This document shows positions 19,167 to 29,602 of a DNA stretch of 64,000 bases, piece by piece (position 1 is the stretch's first letter; the number at the start of each line of letters is the position of its first letter). The notes beneath the pieces are model-generated. The model was not told the DNA's origin. It made no database searches and was given only the letters and a program-made list of their open reading frames with translations. Made by a program: the position numbers and the translations under genes. The DNA is taken from assembly GCA_027623195.1 (NCBI GenBank), contig JAQBUT010000001.1, positions 32,001 to 96,000 on the forward strand. The letters are read 5' to 3'. This DNA is from Chloroflexota bacterium (GTDB lineage Bacteria > Chloroflexota > Dehalococcoidia > Lucifugimonadales > JADFKI01).

Positions 19167-20579
19167 ATGGCTGATTTGATTATCACCGGAGGACAGGTTG
19201 TAACGCCGTCTGGCGTGGGCCACTGGGACGTGGTTGTGAAAGGGGAGACCATAGTCGCAGTCACCGAGCCGGGCGCGATTTCGTCTGACGGGGCCAAGGT
19301 TATAGACGCTTCGGGAAAGATCGTAGTACCTGGCGGCATAGAGCCCCATGCGCACATCGGCGGTCCCCGCCAGCCGGAGCGCTCCCCAGCAGGACCCGTC
19401 TCACTGGCGGCCATATGGGGAGGCACCACCACCGTGTTGGACTTCGCCACGCAGGTTCCGGGTCATGACCTTCGGCATGCCCTTGACGAGGCTGCCGATA
19501 GGTGGCGAGGTAACGCCTACACGGACTATTCGTACCATCCAATCTTTACCAACGGCACCGGCGACGATGCCGTTAACCAGATTCCTGAGCTTATCCAAGA
19601 GGGGTACGCAAGCTTCAAGATATTTACCACCAGCATTCGACCGCCCAGCCCGCAGATGCAGAACAACAAGACGGAGTTTGGCACTCTGGCATCCATCATG
19701 GAAAAAATATCGGCTAATGGCGGCATGTTGCTGGTCCACTCCGAAGACGACGACATGGTCCACTACAACTACGACCATGCCCAGGACCGCAACCAGTGGG
19801 ACTGGTGGAACATGCACCACATCCACAACAATCTCTCGGAGGACGTCTCTTTCCACCGGGTCATTCGACTGGCGGAAAAACAGTCCTGCCCCGTTTACTT
19901 CGTGCACGTTAGCGCAGCAGAGGGCGTCAAGGCGGTTGGCTGGTCCCGCAGCCGAGGCCTGCCGATCTACGGCGAAACGCTGCATAACTATGCCTGCTTC
20001 AACGCCGAGAATTACCGCGAGGACAACGGTATGAAGTACCACACGTATCCGTCATTAAAGTCGCAGGACGATGCTAGCGAACTGTGGAAGGGCCTTATTG
20101 ACGGCAGACTGTCCACAGTCGCGACGGACCTAGTTTCCACTACGTGGGAGGAAAAGATTCGCTTCAGGACCGTGGCGGACGTTACTGGAGGGCACAACGG
20201 CATCGAGACCCGCGTGGGAGTCGCTTACGGCGAGGGCGTAGGCCGGCGGGGTTTGTCGCTTGAGCGATTCGTGGACATCACCTCCGCCAACGCCGCCAAG
20301 ATTTTCGGTATGTACCCCCGTAAGGGCGCACTGGCCGCCGGCAGCGATGCGGACATCACCATAATTGACCCGTCGGTTCGCGGCCCGCTTAGCCTGGATG
20401 ATCTGCACCTGGAGGACTACAGCATCTGGGAAGGATGGGAGGCCCAAGGCTGGCCCGTCACCACAGTGCTGCGAGGCAAGGTCATGGTGGAGGACAGGAA
20501 GCTTCTGGCCAGCGCAGGATATGGGCAGCACATCGCGCGCAAGATAGCGCCGGAGGTTACGCAGCGGCCTGTCTGCTAA
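19167..20579 (+). CDS. Dihydropyrimidinase/hydantoinase-like amidohydrolase
   Basis: PGGIEPHAH, GGTTT, SFKIF, HSED, VATD, N.AK.FG.YPRKG; RBS AAGGAG. Confidence 0.9.
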   Translation: MADLIITGGQVVTPSGVGHWDVVVKGETIVAVTEPGAISSDGAKVIDASGKIVVPGGIEPHAHIGGPRQPERSPAGPVSLAAIWGGTTTVLDFATQVPGHDLRHALDEAADRWRGNAYTDYSYHPIFTNGTGDDAVNQIPELIQEGYASFKIFTTSIRPPSPQMQNNKTEFGTLASIMEKISANGGMLLVHSEDDDMVHYNYDHAQDRNQWDWWNMHHIHNNLSEDVSFHRVIRLAEKQSCPVYFVHVSAAEGVKAVGWSRSRGLPIYGETLHNYACFNAENYREDNGMKYHTYPSLKSQDDASELWKGLIDGRLSTVATDLVSTTWEEKIRFRTVADVTGGHNGIETRVGVAYGEGVGRRGLSLERFVDITSANAAKIFGMYPRKGALAAGSDADITIIDPSVRGPLSLDDLHLEDYSIWEGWEAQGWPVTTVLRGKVMVEDRKLLASAGYGQHIARKIAPEVTQRPVC

Positions 20580-20613
20580 TTTTTTGACATCAAAAATAAA
20601 CGGAGGAAAGAAT

Positions 20614-21030
20614 TTGCCAACCATAAATCTAGCTGAGGCTGAGCAGGTCTTGGCGGGCTCCAAGGCCAAGATCTTCGAGATGGGCGTAAAGATGAGCGTC
20701 TCCGTTACCGATTCCCGCGGAGACCTCATAGCCATGATAAAGACGGACGGCGCGTCCTGGAGAACGCCGACGATATCTCGTGGCAAGGCCATCGCGTCCG
20801 CAACCTTCGGAGCGCCCAGCGTCGATCTGGAGGAGCGCTCACGAACACCTGTGTTTCAGGCGTTCACTGTAATGCAGGAGGGCCACTTCATCATGAGTCA
20901 GGGGGCTTTGCCTGTGTACAAGGATGGAGAGATCGCCGGGGCCGTGGGTGTCAGCGGAGGCAATTCCCAGCAGGACGAGGACGTCGCCAGGGCAGGCATA
21001 GTGGCCGCCGGGCTGTCCATTACGCCTTAG
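20614..21030 (+). CDS. GlcG/HbpS heme-binding family protein
   Basis: SVSVTD..G.L, KA, GALPV...GAVGVSGG...QD; TTG start after GGAGG. Confidence 0.9.
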   Translation: MPTINLAEAEQVLAGSKAKIFEMGVKMSVSVTDSRGDLIAMIKTDGASWRTPTISRGKAIASATFGAPSVDLEERSRTPVFQAFTVMQEGHFIMSQGALPVYKDGEIAGAVGVSGGNSQQDEDVARAGIVAAGLSITP

Positions 21031-21039
21031 GCCCAACGG

Positions 21040-21522
21040 CTAAGGCTGGCTTCGGTCAATTAGTTCGAACGCCCGTGAGGCCAGCAGTCTGACATCTTCA
21101 GGCGGGACGACGCTTTCGCCGCTGCCGTTTTGCATTGGCGAACCGGCCTTCAGGTCCTGCTGGCTGACCCAGCGCCAACCGTCGTTTATGGGCCCTGGGG
21201 AACTGGCCGGGCGACAGAAGTAGATCATGTCTATATGGTGGTGGAAGCCTTGCACCGGATCATCGATATCCTCGATCATAATGGTGTAGGGCGCTGCCAC
21301 CTGAGTTGGGTAGTCCATCTTTATGACGGGTCCTGTGGGAACCACCTCCGCCTGGACTCCCGTCTCCTCATCTATCTCTCGTAGAACGGCCTGCACCGGG
21401 TCCTCGTTTTCATCGATATGCCCACCGGGCGGCAGCCACATCTTCACCTTGGGATGCCAGTGCAGTAGTGTGCTGCCCTGGTGGACCACAAACCCGGTTA
21501 CCGTAAAATGCCGCTCTACCAT
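21040..21522 (-). CDS. NUDIX hydrolase
   Basis: WLPPGGHIDENE.P.QAVLREIDEETG Nudix box. Confidence 0.93.
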   Translation of the reverse strand: MVERHFTVTGFVVHQGSTLLHWHPKVKMWLPPGGHIDENEDPVQAVLREIDEETGVQAEVVPTGPVIKMDYPTQVAAPYTIMIEDIDDPVQGFHHHIDMIYFCRPASSPGPINDGWRWVSQQDLKAGSPMQNGSGESVVPPEDVRLLASRAFELIDRSQP

Positions 21523-21547
21523 TTATTCGCTCTTTGATTAATATTCA

Positions 21548-21579
21548 AGGCGGGACGGCACCGTAATGCCGTCCCGCCT
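21548..21579. terminator. Strong stem-loop, probable terminator or processing stem
   Basis: AGGCGGGACGGCA-CCGTAA-TGCCGTCCCGCCT, 13-bp perfect stem. Confidence 0.6.
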
Positions 21580-21613
21580 CGTGTTAATTTGCCTACCCAG
21601 CAGACTCGCTGAC

Positions 21614-23353
21614 TTAAGCCTGCTCCTCAACTGGCGTAGTCTCGGCTCTTGCCTGACGCCTTGCCTTTAGCTTGCGTCTGCCGAAGACCACCACCGCGCC
21701 GACTGCGAGCCAAATTGGGCTGAATATGGCCAGCCAGATAATCAGCGAACCCGTCACCTGGGCTACGCCGGACAGAGCCCGTACTGCAGTTTTACCCGTG
21801 TCGCCGGCGCTCCAGCCCGATATCACCAGTCCCCTGGATTCGGTAACATATGCGCTAATCTGGCTAACGGTCTCGATCTCGCCAGCGTCGCTCTGGGCAG
21901 TCACGGTAAGGGTAACCGTGTAAGGGTATGGCCGATAATCGGCATACACATGGGTGGCCGTGGCTCTGGTTACGCCCTGATCCGGGGTAACTACCTCCGG
22001 CTCCGTCTGGTCTCCGAAATCCCATTTGTACTCAATGTCCGTTAGGCCCTCCGGACGCGTAAAGGAGCCAACGAACTCGATCTCCTCGCCCTCCTCAGCC
22101 TGCTTGTTATCGCCGGCGAACACCTCGATGGTCGGTATCCTCGTCACAGTGGCAATAAAGGTGTCTGAGCCCTCGGCCACGCCGCCGTCGCCAGTACCGG
22201 TAATCTTTATCTCCACAATGTAAGGGGAGTCCTTATCATCATAGTAGCTGTGGTTCACAGTGGCCGTAAATCTGCGTCCCTCCTCGACGGACGGCGCGGA
22301 GCCGTAACCGTAGACGAGGGGAGTGCCATCGCCGAAGTCCCATGAGAATGAGAACTCCTCTACATCCTCGGGCGGTGCAAACGTCGCCCTGAACCTGGCG
22401 AACTGACCAAGGCTATAGGTCTGGTTCTCGCCTGCATCCACCAGCATTTCCGTGGGCGCCAGGCGCAGATTCACGTTTACCAGCGAGAAGGCGGCAGTCT
22501 CTTCCAGGAACTTGATGCGGCCCTGGCGGCTCTCTATATCCGCTTGCAATTTGGCCAATTCCCTCTGAACGTTGAGGGCATCTTCCACCGATCTGGCCTG
22601 GGCCAGCAACCCAATAAGGGCCTGCTCCGTGGCCTGCAGGCTGGTTAACCTGGACTTGTTGTCAACGTACTCATCGGTGACATCCTGGCTGGTGGAGGAC
22701 TCTGAGTCTACCTCCACGGACAGTCCCCGCAGGCTTAAGACAAAGTCGTCCAGCCCGTTAGCCGGGACACGTACCGAGATGGAACCCTGGTGCTTTGCTG
22801 CTCTGTCGGAGCTAACAACCCAACCGCCGAAATCCCGGGCCAAAGCCGAAATGTCGTCTACGGAGGTTGCCACTTCACCTACCACTAACGCCATGTTCAC
22901 TGTGCGAACGATAATGCGCTGTTGGCTTACCAGGGCTGCCTGCTGGTCGAGCCCGGTTGAGTTTTGGGCAAAGTCTTCAGACTCCTCTTTGCTTACGCCA
23001 TAAGCGCCATCGGAGCTGGCGCCAACTGTTGGCTTTGAGAAATTCGGTGATGGCTCCGGCCTCGGGGCACGCAAAGCGTCAGCGGGGGCGGCAGTCGCGG
23101 AGGCTGCAGGTGCGGTGGGCATCTGAGGGGCCGCAATACCCGCAGATGAACGATCCTCATCCCCAAATATTTCCCGTAAAGTAGTGCCAAAAGTACCCGG
23201 TGACCCCGGTGACCCGGCTGGCCCCTCCACAGCAGACGAATCTGATGAAAGTGCCGAGTACCTGATGTCTTTAGAAGAACTTGCGCAGGCCACCATCAAC
23301 ACAAGGAATATGAGGGAACCCAGTAAAGTTATGCTTTTCATAGACCGAATCAT
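21614..23353 (-). CDS. DUF4349 lipoprotein with two inserted PKD domains
   Basis: Lipobox MVAC; IIVRT...GG.V..S...RVP...DVTDEYVD core; two WDFGD motifs; C-terminal TM helix. Confidence 0.8.
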   Translation of the reverse strand: MIRSMKSITLLGSLIFLVLMVACASSSKDIRYSALSSDSSAVEGPAGSPGSPGTFGTTLREIFGDEDRSSAGIAAPQMPTAPAASATAAPADALRAPRPEPSPNFSKPTVGASSDGAYGVSKEESEDFAQNSTGLDQQAALVSQQRIIVRTVNMALVVGEVATSVDDISALARDFGGWVVSSDRAAKHQGSISVRVPANGLDDFVLSLRGLSVEVDSESSTSQDVTDEYVDNKSRLTSLQATEQALIGLLAQARSVEDALNVQRELAKLQADIESRQGRIKFLEETAAFSLVNVNLRLAPTEMLVDAGENQTYSLGQFARFRATFAPPEDVEEFSFSWDFGDGTPLVYGYGSAPSVEEGRRFTATVNHSYYDDKDSPYIVEIKITGTGDGGVAEGSDTFIATVTRIPTIEVFAGDNKQAEEGEEIEFVGSFTRPEGLTDIEYKWDFGDQTEPEVVTPDQGVTRATATHVYADYRPYPYTVTLTVTAQSDAGEIETVSQISAYVTESRGLVISGWSAGDTGKTAVRALSGVAQVTGSLIIWLAIFSPIWLAVGAVVVFGRRKLKARRQARAETTPVEEQA

Positions 23354-23573
23354 AGTAAACCAACCTTTTTGTTACAAGGTGCATAAGGCATTTTAGTTGT
23401 TACACCAAATCATCTAAATACTGCCCCGCATGTAATATAGACGACTGTTGGTCGAATTTTGTTCCCGTTATCACCCTGGGGAGGCATTCATTGCCTTTGC
23501 ATGGCTTCGTTTCGTTGACTTTTCATGGGGCGTGGGATATTCTGAGTGCACTAACAAATGAATAAAATCGCGA

Positions 23574-23668
23574 GGTAGGGGAGCTTGGAACCGCCAGGCT
23601 GAGAGGCACCGACAATTCGGTGCGACCCCTTGCACCTGACCTGGGTAATGCCAGCGCAGGGACTTACC
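23574..23668 (+). ncRNA. TPP riboswitch
   Basis: GGGGAGC...GCTGAGAG...GACCC...ACCTGA.CTGGGTAATGCCAGCGCAGGGA upstream of thiG. Confidence 0.95.
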
Positions 23669-23757
23669 ATACAAATGTTGTGTACAGACCGCTGGCATAT
23701 TGTCGGCGGTTTTTGTGTTTTAGAGACCCCGCTTTGCGGGCCCACAGGAGAGTTCAG

Positions 23758-24549
23758 ATGAGCGACCCCCTGATAATCGATGGCAAAGAGTTCAAGTCCA
23801 GACTAATGGTTGGCACAGGCCGGCACCGCAGCATGGAAGAGATGGTCTCCTCCATAGAGTCTTCGGGCGCCGAGATCATCACTGTCGCCATCCGCCGCCT
23901 GGACCTGGACAATCCAAACGAAAAGAACATCCTCGACTACTTCGATTGGAGCAAGTACACCATTCTCCCCAATACGGCAGGCTGCAAGACGGCGGAAGAG
24001 GCAATCTTCACCGCGCACCTGGCAAGGGAGGTCACGGGCTCCAACTGGCTCAAGCTGGAGGTTATACCCAACGCGTCCCACCTGTTGCCCGACCCCATAG
24101 GCACCTACGAGGCCGCCAAGCAACTGGTAAAAGAGGGCTTTGTGGTGCTGCCTTACATTCACGCTGACCCTGTGCTGGCCGAAAGGCTCGAAGAGATCGG
24201 CTGCGCTACCGTTATGCCGCTTGGCTCGCCCATAGGCTCTGGCCAGGGTATCCTAACAATCGACGAGATTCGCATCATTATCGCCAACGCCAAAGTACCG
24301 GTGGTTGTGGATGCGGGTCTGGCGGTGCCTTCCGATGCCTCTGCGGCCATGGAGGCTGGGGCTGGCGCGGTGCTTGTCAACACGGCCATCGCTCAGGCGC
24401 AGGACCCCGCTGTCATGGGAGAGGCCTTCAAGCTTGGGGTGCAGGCCGGAAGGATGGCGTACGAGGCTGGACGAATCGACCGCAAGCAGGTCGCCGCTGC
24501 CAGCAGTCCCACTGAAGGCATGGCGGCTCCCTCAAGCAGTCGGAGTTAG
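23758..24549 (+). CDS. thiG: Thiazole synthase
   Basis: [34 protein letters not shown]. Confidence 0.97.
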   Translation: MSDPLIIDGKEFKSRLMVGTGRHRSMEEMVSSIESSGAEIITVAIRRLDLDNPNEKNILDYFDWSKYTILPNTAGCKTAEEAIFTAHLAREVTGSNWLKLEVIPNASHLLPDPIGTYEAAKQLVKEGFVVLPYIHADPVLAERLEEIGCATVMPLGSPIGSGQGILTIDEIRIIIANAKVPVVVDAGLAVPSDASAAMEAGAGAVLVNTAIAQAQDPAVMGEAFKLGVQAGRMAYEAGRIDRKQVAAASSPTEGMAAPSSSRS

Positions 24550-24557
24550 ACAACGGC

Positions 24558-25220
24558 ATGAAGTTGGTTCTGCCCTACCTTTGCCTGGTTACGGACCGAA
24601 ACCAGTGCGAGGGACGTTCTCTGGTCGATGTCGTTGAGCAAGCTGTGTCCGCGGGCGTCAACATGGTGCAGTTGCGTGAGAAGGACCTTCCAGCTAGTGC
24701 TTTGTACGAGCTTGGTTCACGCCTGCGAGAGATCACTCGGAACAGAGCCCTGCTGTTCATAAACGATAGGGTAGACGTTGCCCTAGCTTGTGGAGCTGAC
24801 GGAGTACAACTGGGGGAGGACAGTCTCCCATTGCGTGCTGCGCGAGAGGCGTCCCATAGCAGACTTCTGCTCAGCAGGTCGGTCCACAGCGTCGAAAGCG
24901 CGCAGGAGGCTCACAAGGCCGGTGCAGACCTTCTGTTACTGGGCACGATATTCCCCAGCGGCTCACATCCGAGCGGCGAGACCGGCGGCTTGGAACGAGT
25001 AAAAGGCGCAAGCTTCGCAGTAGACATTCCCGTTTTGGCCATAGGCGGCATAAACGCGAATAACATCGGCTGGGTCATAAACGCTGGAGCGTCCGGCGCT
25101 GCCGTAATCACAGCCATAACGCGAAGCCCTGACCCAGAGGGTGCGGCCTCCGCTCTGGCGAGTGAAATGAATAACGCTTGGGCTAACATCGCCTCATTAA
25201 GAGTAACGAAACAGATATGA
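24558..25220 (+). CDS. thiE: Thiamine phosphate synthase
   Basis: VQLREK, INDRVDVA, SVHS, AIGGI. Confidence 0.95.
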   Translation: MKLVLPYLCLVTDRNQCEGRSLVDVVEQAVSAGVNMVQLREKDLPASALYELGSRLREITRNRALLFINDRVDVALACGADGVQLGEDSLPLRAAREASHSRLLLSRSVHSVESAQEAHKAGADLLLLGTIFPSGSHPSGETGGLERVKGASFAVDIPVLAIGGINANNIGWVINAGASGAAVITAITRSPDPEGAASALASEMNNAWANIASLRVTKQI

Positions 25221-25420
25221 TAAATCTCACCATAAACGGAAAAACGCAGGAGCTGGAAGGCCCCACAAACCTGGTCAGCTACCTGGATTCTCTAAGCATC
25301 AACAAGCGTTTCATCGCGGTGGCCTACAACGGCACTGTGATACAGCGGAGCGAATTGGACACCATCACATTGAGCGATGGCGATCAGATTGAGATAGTCC
25401 GTGCGGTCGGCGGCGGCTAG
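25217..25420 (+). CDS. thiS: Sulfur carrier protein ThiS
   Basis: 67 aa ending in VGGG; lies in the thi operon. Confidence 0.95.
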   Translation: MINLTINGKTQELEGPTNLVSYLDSLSINKRFIAVAYNGTVIQRSELDTITLSDGDQIEIVRAVGGG

Positions 25421-25467
25421 GTTTGCACCGGTGTCGTCAGAAGCCTGCCTTGGCGGCAAACGATACC

Positions 25468-28146
25468 TTACGGCGCAAGGAGTCCAGGCGTAACGAGCGC
25501 GCCAAAGCCTTCGTCGTCAGGATGAAGCCCTAGCAAAAGCCTGCTCTTCGCAAGATCGAATATGGCGTCACGATGGGAGTTCAGCGAAATAAGCCGCTCC
25601 TGGGCGTAGCCAACTAGGCTTCCCGAAGGCAAACTCACCAGGTATTCGAAAAGCTCATCCGTGGATTCCAGTCCCAACTGTCCTGATGATTCCAGTTCGG
25701 CCCTCAGATGAATCAGGTTGGGGTCGTCCAGAACCACCAGCCACTGCAACACGAACCCCAGGTTATGCTCGTCCGATTCCATCTCGTCCAACCAGCCGTT
25801 GACGTGAGAATCGACGTAACGTTGGAAACCCTGGTGGTCGGGATACCGCATCAGAGGGGTCCCTATAAAATCCTCGATATGCAGCCAGAAGACCCTCTCG
25901 AACTGCTGGGCCTGCGCTTCCTGAATTGCGTTAACGGAGTAGAACTGTTCCATTTCACTCAGGAGCGGGTTAAAGGTGTCCTGCCTAAGATGCCCAAGCT
26001 CGTGTGCCAGCGTGGCCATGACCTCTGATACGGTGTTCTCCGCATCCACGACGAGGGCCACCTTGCCGAATCGTCTCCCCTTGAACCCACTGGTCCGCTT
26101 GAACTTCTCTCGTTCGTTAAATAGGGACTGATAGTCCTCTTCTTTGGCAACTGCGAACCGCTCTACGTAGCTGTCGTCAACCCAGGCCAGGTAGCCCTCG
26201 TGACTGAGCAGATAGATGTCTACCCTGGTATCCAGGAGGCTGTCGCCCGTGGCCAGATAAAAACCCGCGTCTGCCAGACGTAAAGCCTCTTCAGTCAGTT
26301 GGGGGCCATTACCATCCACTACAACATCCCGAGTATCCATTAGCGCCTTGAAGTCCGAAAGCATCGCCTGCAACTCTTCGTCGGTGTACGCGATGGGTTC
26401 CGGCGCTTCCGGGTCGCCCGCTTCCCAAACAAGCGTGGTCTCGTAGATGTTATCGTCTTCGTTCTCCTCCCAGACCTCATCATAAGGGTCGATGACCATC
26501 TTGAGCGTGTGCTCACCGGGGGTGATGGCAGTCTGGTTTTCCAGGTCCGCCCAATCGTTAATCTGTACAATCTGGGAAGCGTCTACCCCACCGGTTATCT
26601 CGAACACATTTACGAGGAAGCCGTCGAAATACAGCTCCACCTCGAACGACCTCAAAATATCATAGACGCTCCGATTCACAACCGACAAGTCGATGTATGG
26701 GGTCTGTTCGACCGTCAGTAGGGAATGCACTCCGGTTCTCTTTTCGTGGGACACCACGATTGGACCGTCGTAGCTGAACACCCAACCTGGAACGAGATTG
26801 GGCATAAACCCTGGATTGGGGAGGAGGTCATAAGAATCGTAGACAGGCCTGGGGTCTACAGCGCCTGAGGCCCACTCCAGGTCTAATTCCAAAGTGTTGT
26901 TGGTCTCATCGGATTCGTGGATGGCGTTGTGGGGGTCGATGACCATCGTCAGCTTGTGCACACCCTCATCGAATGCGACCACGCCTAACAGATCGCTCCA
27001 CTCGGAACTCTTTACCGACTGCCCCAGCACAAGACCAGGCCATGTGAGCTCCCTTACCATCATGCCGTCCAGGAAAAGATGCACCAGAACGTCGTCGGCA
27101 ACGCTGGCTATGCCAATGTTCTCAAGGCCGAGCTTAATGTATGAGGTTGAGTCCACGGATAACGGCCCGATCTTGGAATCGCCTTCATACGATGTAGCTA
27201 TCAGCGCCGAATCCCATCCATCAGGAGCTAAGGGCCGTAGGTCCGGCAACCTGCTGGGGACGGGCGTGGGCTCGGCAGGACTGGCGGAAGGCGACCAAAC
27301 GAAGTCCTCTTCGTAGGCGTTGTCGGTCTCGTCCGATTCGGGAAGAAGATTTGTCGGATCGACTACGATGCCGAGAGTGTGGGAACCAGGCGTCGGATGA
27401 GCTTTTTCCATTAGCTGTTGCCAATCGGGAACAGACCCCACGAATCCCGCAGGCAGTTGCGTGTTGCGCCAACGCTCCAGCACCATACCGTCCAGCGTCA
27501 GGTCTACGAAGAACAGCGTCGTCACGTCGGAAGGCCCTTCATTCGTTATGGCCCAGCTAATGTAGGTGTCCTCATCGGAGAACAGCCCTGTGTTTTCTTG
27601 CAGGCCGGCCTCGTTTGCCGCTAGCAAAGGAGCGCCCCATCCGCCAGGGGCTTTAGGCTTGAGATTGAAGTCCGGAGGCAATTCTGGGGATGGTAACACC
27701 GTCGGCACGTCGACATACGTAGCCTGAGCCTGCACGGTGGCGGTCGGGGAGGGCCTGAGCGGCCTGGGCGTTGCAGTTGGCGATGGCGTCTGAGCGGTCG
27801 GGACCAGAGTTGCTGTGGCCATCAAGGCCGTAACCGTCGCCGAAGGGACAGCTAGGGCAGTATTGGTAGGCGCTGGTGATCCGATGGCCCAGACGTTGGC
27901 CGTTGGCGAAGCTGCTGGATCAACATTGGTTACGGTTTTGTCACCCGCCAGCGATACTACGGTAGGCTGCGTAGTGGGCGACGCCGTGGGACTGGACGTA
28001 GCAGTGAAATAAGGCACCCGCGCCGTATCGCTGGATGCCGTATTCGGCACCTGAGGCACCGGCATAAAGCACGCAGTCAACAAAAACGCCAGTCCTGTTG
28101 AGACCAGCGCCTGGATGGATATTCGGTTGATTCGAGCTCTCTTCAA
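25468..28146 (-). CDS. Lipoprotein with Thr/Pro linker, three CARDB-like repeats and a C-terminal HExxH domain
   Basis: Lipobox LLTAC; three H.L..V.DP....E..E..N repeats; LAHELGH. Confidence 0.75.
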   Translation of the reverse strand: MKRARINRISIQALVSTGLAFLLTACFMPVPQVPNTASSDTARVPYFTATSSPTASPTTQPTVVSLAGDKTVTNVDPAASPTANVWAIGSPAPTNTALAVPSATVTALMATATLVPTAQTPSPTATPRPLRPSPTATVQAQATYVDVPTVLPSPELPPDFNLKPKAPGGWGAPLLAANEAGLQENTGLFSDEDTYISWAITNEGPSDVTTLFFVDLTLDGMVLERWRNTQLPAGFVGSVPDWQQLMEKAHPTPGSHTLGIVVDPTNLLPESDETDNAYEEDFVWSPSASPAEPTPVPSRLPDLRPLAPDGWDSALIATSYEGDSKIGPLSVDSTSYIKLGLENIGIASVADDVLVHLFLDGMMVRELTWPGLVLGQSVKSSEWSDLLGVVAFDEGVHKLTMVIDPHNAIHESDETNNTLELDLEWASGAVDPRPVYDSYDLLPNPGFMPNLVPGWVFSYDGPIVVSHEKRTGVHSLLTVEQTPYIDLSVVNRSVYDILRSFEVELYFDGFLVNVFEITGGVDASQIVQINDWADLENQTAITPGEHTLKMVIDPYDEVWEENEDDNIYETTLVWEAGDPEAPEPIAYTDEELQAMLSDFKALMDTRDVVVDGNGPQLTEEALRLADAGFYLATGDSLLDTRVDIYLLSHEGYLAWVDDSYVERFAVAKEEDYQSLFNEREKFKRTSGFKGRRFGKVALVVDAENTVSEVMATLAHELGHLRQDTFNPLLSEMEQFYSVNAIQEAQAQQFERVFWLHIEDFIGTPLMRYPDHQGFQRYVDSHVNGWLDEMESDEHNLGFVLQWLVVLDDPNLIHLRAELESSGQLGLESTDELFEYLVSLPSGSLVGYAQERLISLNSHRDAIFDLAKSRLLLGLHPDDEGFGALVTPGLLAP

Positions 28147-28955
28147 ATACGTTTCCGCGCCTTGTAGACTATCGAGAACGGCACCTTGCTTAGCCGCTCA
28201 TACTGGCCTTCCCAGAACGGTCCTCCGTAGGGAATGGCTCTCTTTTCCTCATCTGTCATGTCGTTGATATCGTAAGGGTAGGGCTCCCATATGCCCTCCA
28301 CCTGAAACCCCGCCGACACCAGCGTTGTGAACGTCTCCTCCACGGTCCTGAAGAAGGTAAGCCCCTGCCGGGCCGTTTCCCCCTCCAGCTCCTCCCAAAC
28401 CTCGTAGGGAGGTTTAAAGTAGTCGTTCACCACCAGAAATTGGCCTTCCGCTTCCCACTCGAATGCCGACATAGGGTGGGTCGTGCCCACGATTACCAGG
28501 CCGTCGTCGGCCAACACTCGGTGACACTCCCGCAAGCAGGCCTCCAGGTCGGGAATGAACTCCCACCCGAAACAGGAGATCACCACATCGAACGCGCCGT
28601 CTCGGAACATATTGAGAGTCTCGCCATCGGCGTTCAGCAGGCCTACGTCGACGCCCTCTTGCTGAACAAATTCCCTTGCCTTCGCTAGCTGCCCGGAAGA
28701 AATATCCAGGCCAACGCACCTGGCGCCCATCTTTGCCAGAGCGATAGAATTTTGAGCCGCGCCGCAGGCCAATTCAAGAACGGCCTTGTCGGTAACGTCC
28801 CCTAATATTTGTAACTCACGCTCTCCAGGGCAAAGTGGGGCGTAGTGCACATCGTCAAGCGAGATGTGAGTCTCGACCTGATACGCGCCGGACATCTCGT
28901 CCCAGCCAGCCTGAATTGCTCTCTTAATATGGTCAGTGGACAAGTTCGTAAGCAC
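28143..28955 (-). CDS. Class I SAM-dependent methyltransferase
   Basis: VLELACGAAQ, GLDIS, FDVV, HRVL. Confidence 0.9.
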   Translation of the reverse strand: MLTNLSTDHIKRAIQAGWDEMSGAYQVETHISLDDVHYAPLCPGERELQILGDVTDKAVLELACGAAQNSIALAKMGARCVGLDISSGQLAKAREFVQQEGVDVGLLNADGETLNMFRDGAFDVVISCFGWEFIPDLEACLRECHRVLADDGLVIVGTTHPMSAFEWEAEGQFLVVNDYFKPPYEVWEELEGETARQGLTFFRTVEETFTTLVSAGFQVEGIWEPYPYDINDMTDEEKRAIPYGGPFWEGQYERLSKVPFSIVYKARKRI

Positions 28956-29131
28956 CTAAACCCGGATTGAAGCAATTCCATCCTACCACGGCGGCGGTGA
29001 CAGGCCAGTGGGGTGCCTAAGACTAGCGCTGCCTTCACGACATCGTCTTAATAATTTGTCCCGTAAATACCGGCATTGCACTCAGCGTAAGACCTAGACA
29101 TACGCACAACACGCTCGGTTATGATAAGTGT

Positions 29132-29554
29132 GTGAAAAGCGTAATCTTCCTCCTGCCATTTATTTTCATATTGGTCTCCTGCGCACAAAATTCGTTCGAC
29201 CTTTCACGTTGCCAGCGAATTCCAGCTACGGAATCCCGCGAATTCGTCCGGCAGATGGATATCGAAGGGCTAACGGGCATTCGTTACATCATGGCAGTAA
29301 AATCGCTCAACGCCGATTTCTGGTTCGTTGCCATGGACTTGGAAGGCCCTGGCCTGGAGAGTCCAACTGACATCGCAGTGTGGGCCACTGAGCAGATAGA
29401 GCCCTTCCAGGGGCCTTTCATACCTGCTGACGAGCTTGCCGTTCGATACTCAAGGCATGGCGGCGCAGCACAAGAAACAATGTTCCCGCCTGGGACAGAC
29501 GGCATTACAGATGCCGTCCGCTGCTCCCGCTACATCGGCGCGCAACAGCCATAG
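29132..29554 (+). CDS. Hypothetical lipoprotein
   Basis: MKSVIFLLPFIFILVSC signal peptide and lipobox. Confidence 0.6.
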   Translation: MKSVIFLLPFIFILVSCAQNSFDLSRCQRIPATESREFVRQMDIEGLTGIRYIMAVKSLNADFWFVAMDLEGPGLESPTDIAVWATEQIEPFQGPFIPADELAVRYSRHGGAAQETMFPPGTDGITDAVRCSRYIGAQQP

Positions 29555-29602
29555 GCGCGAGCCCAAGGTAGAATGCGTGGCAACTTACTGAGGAGGCCCA
29601 GC

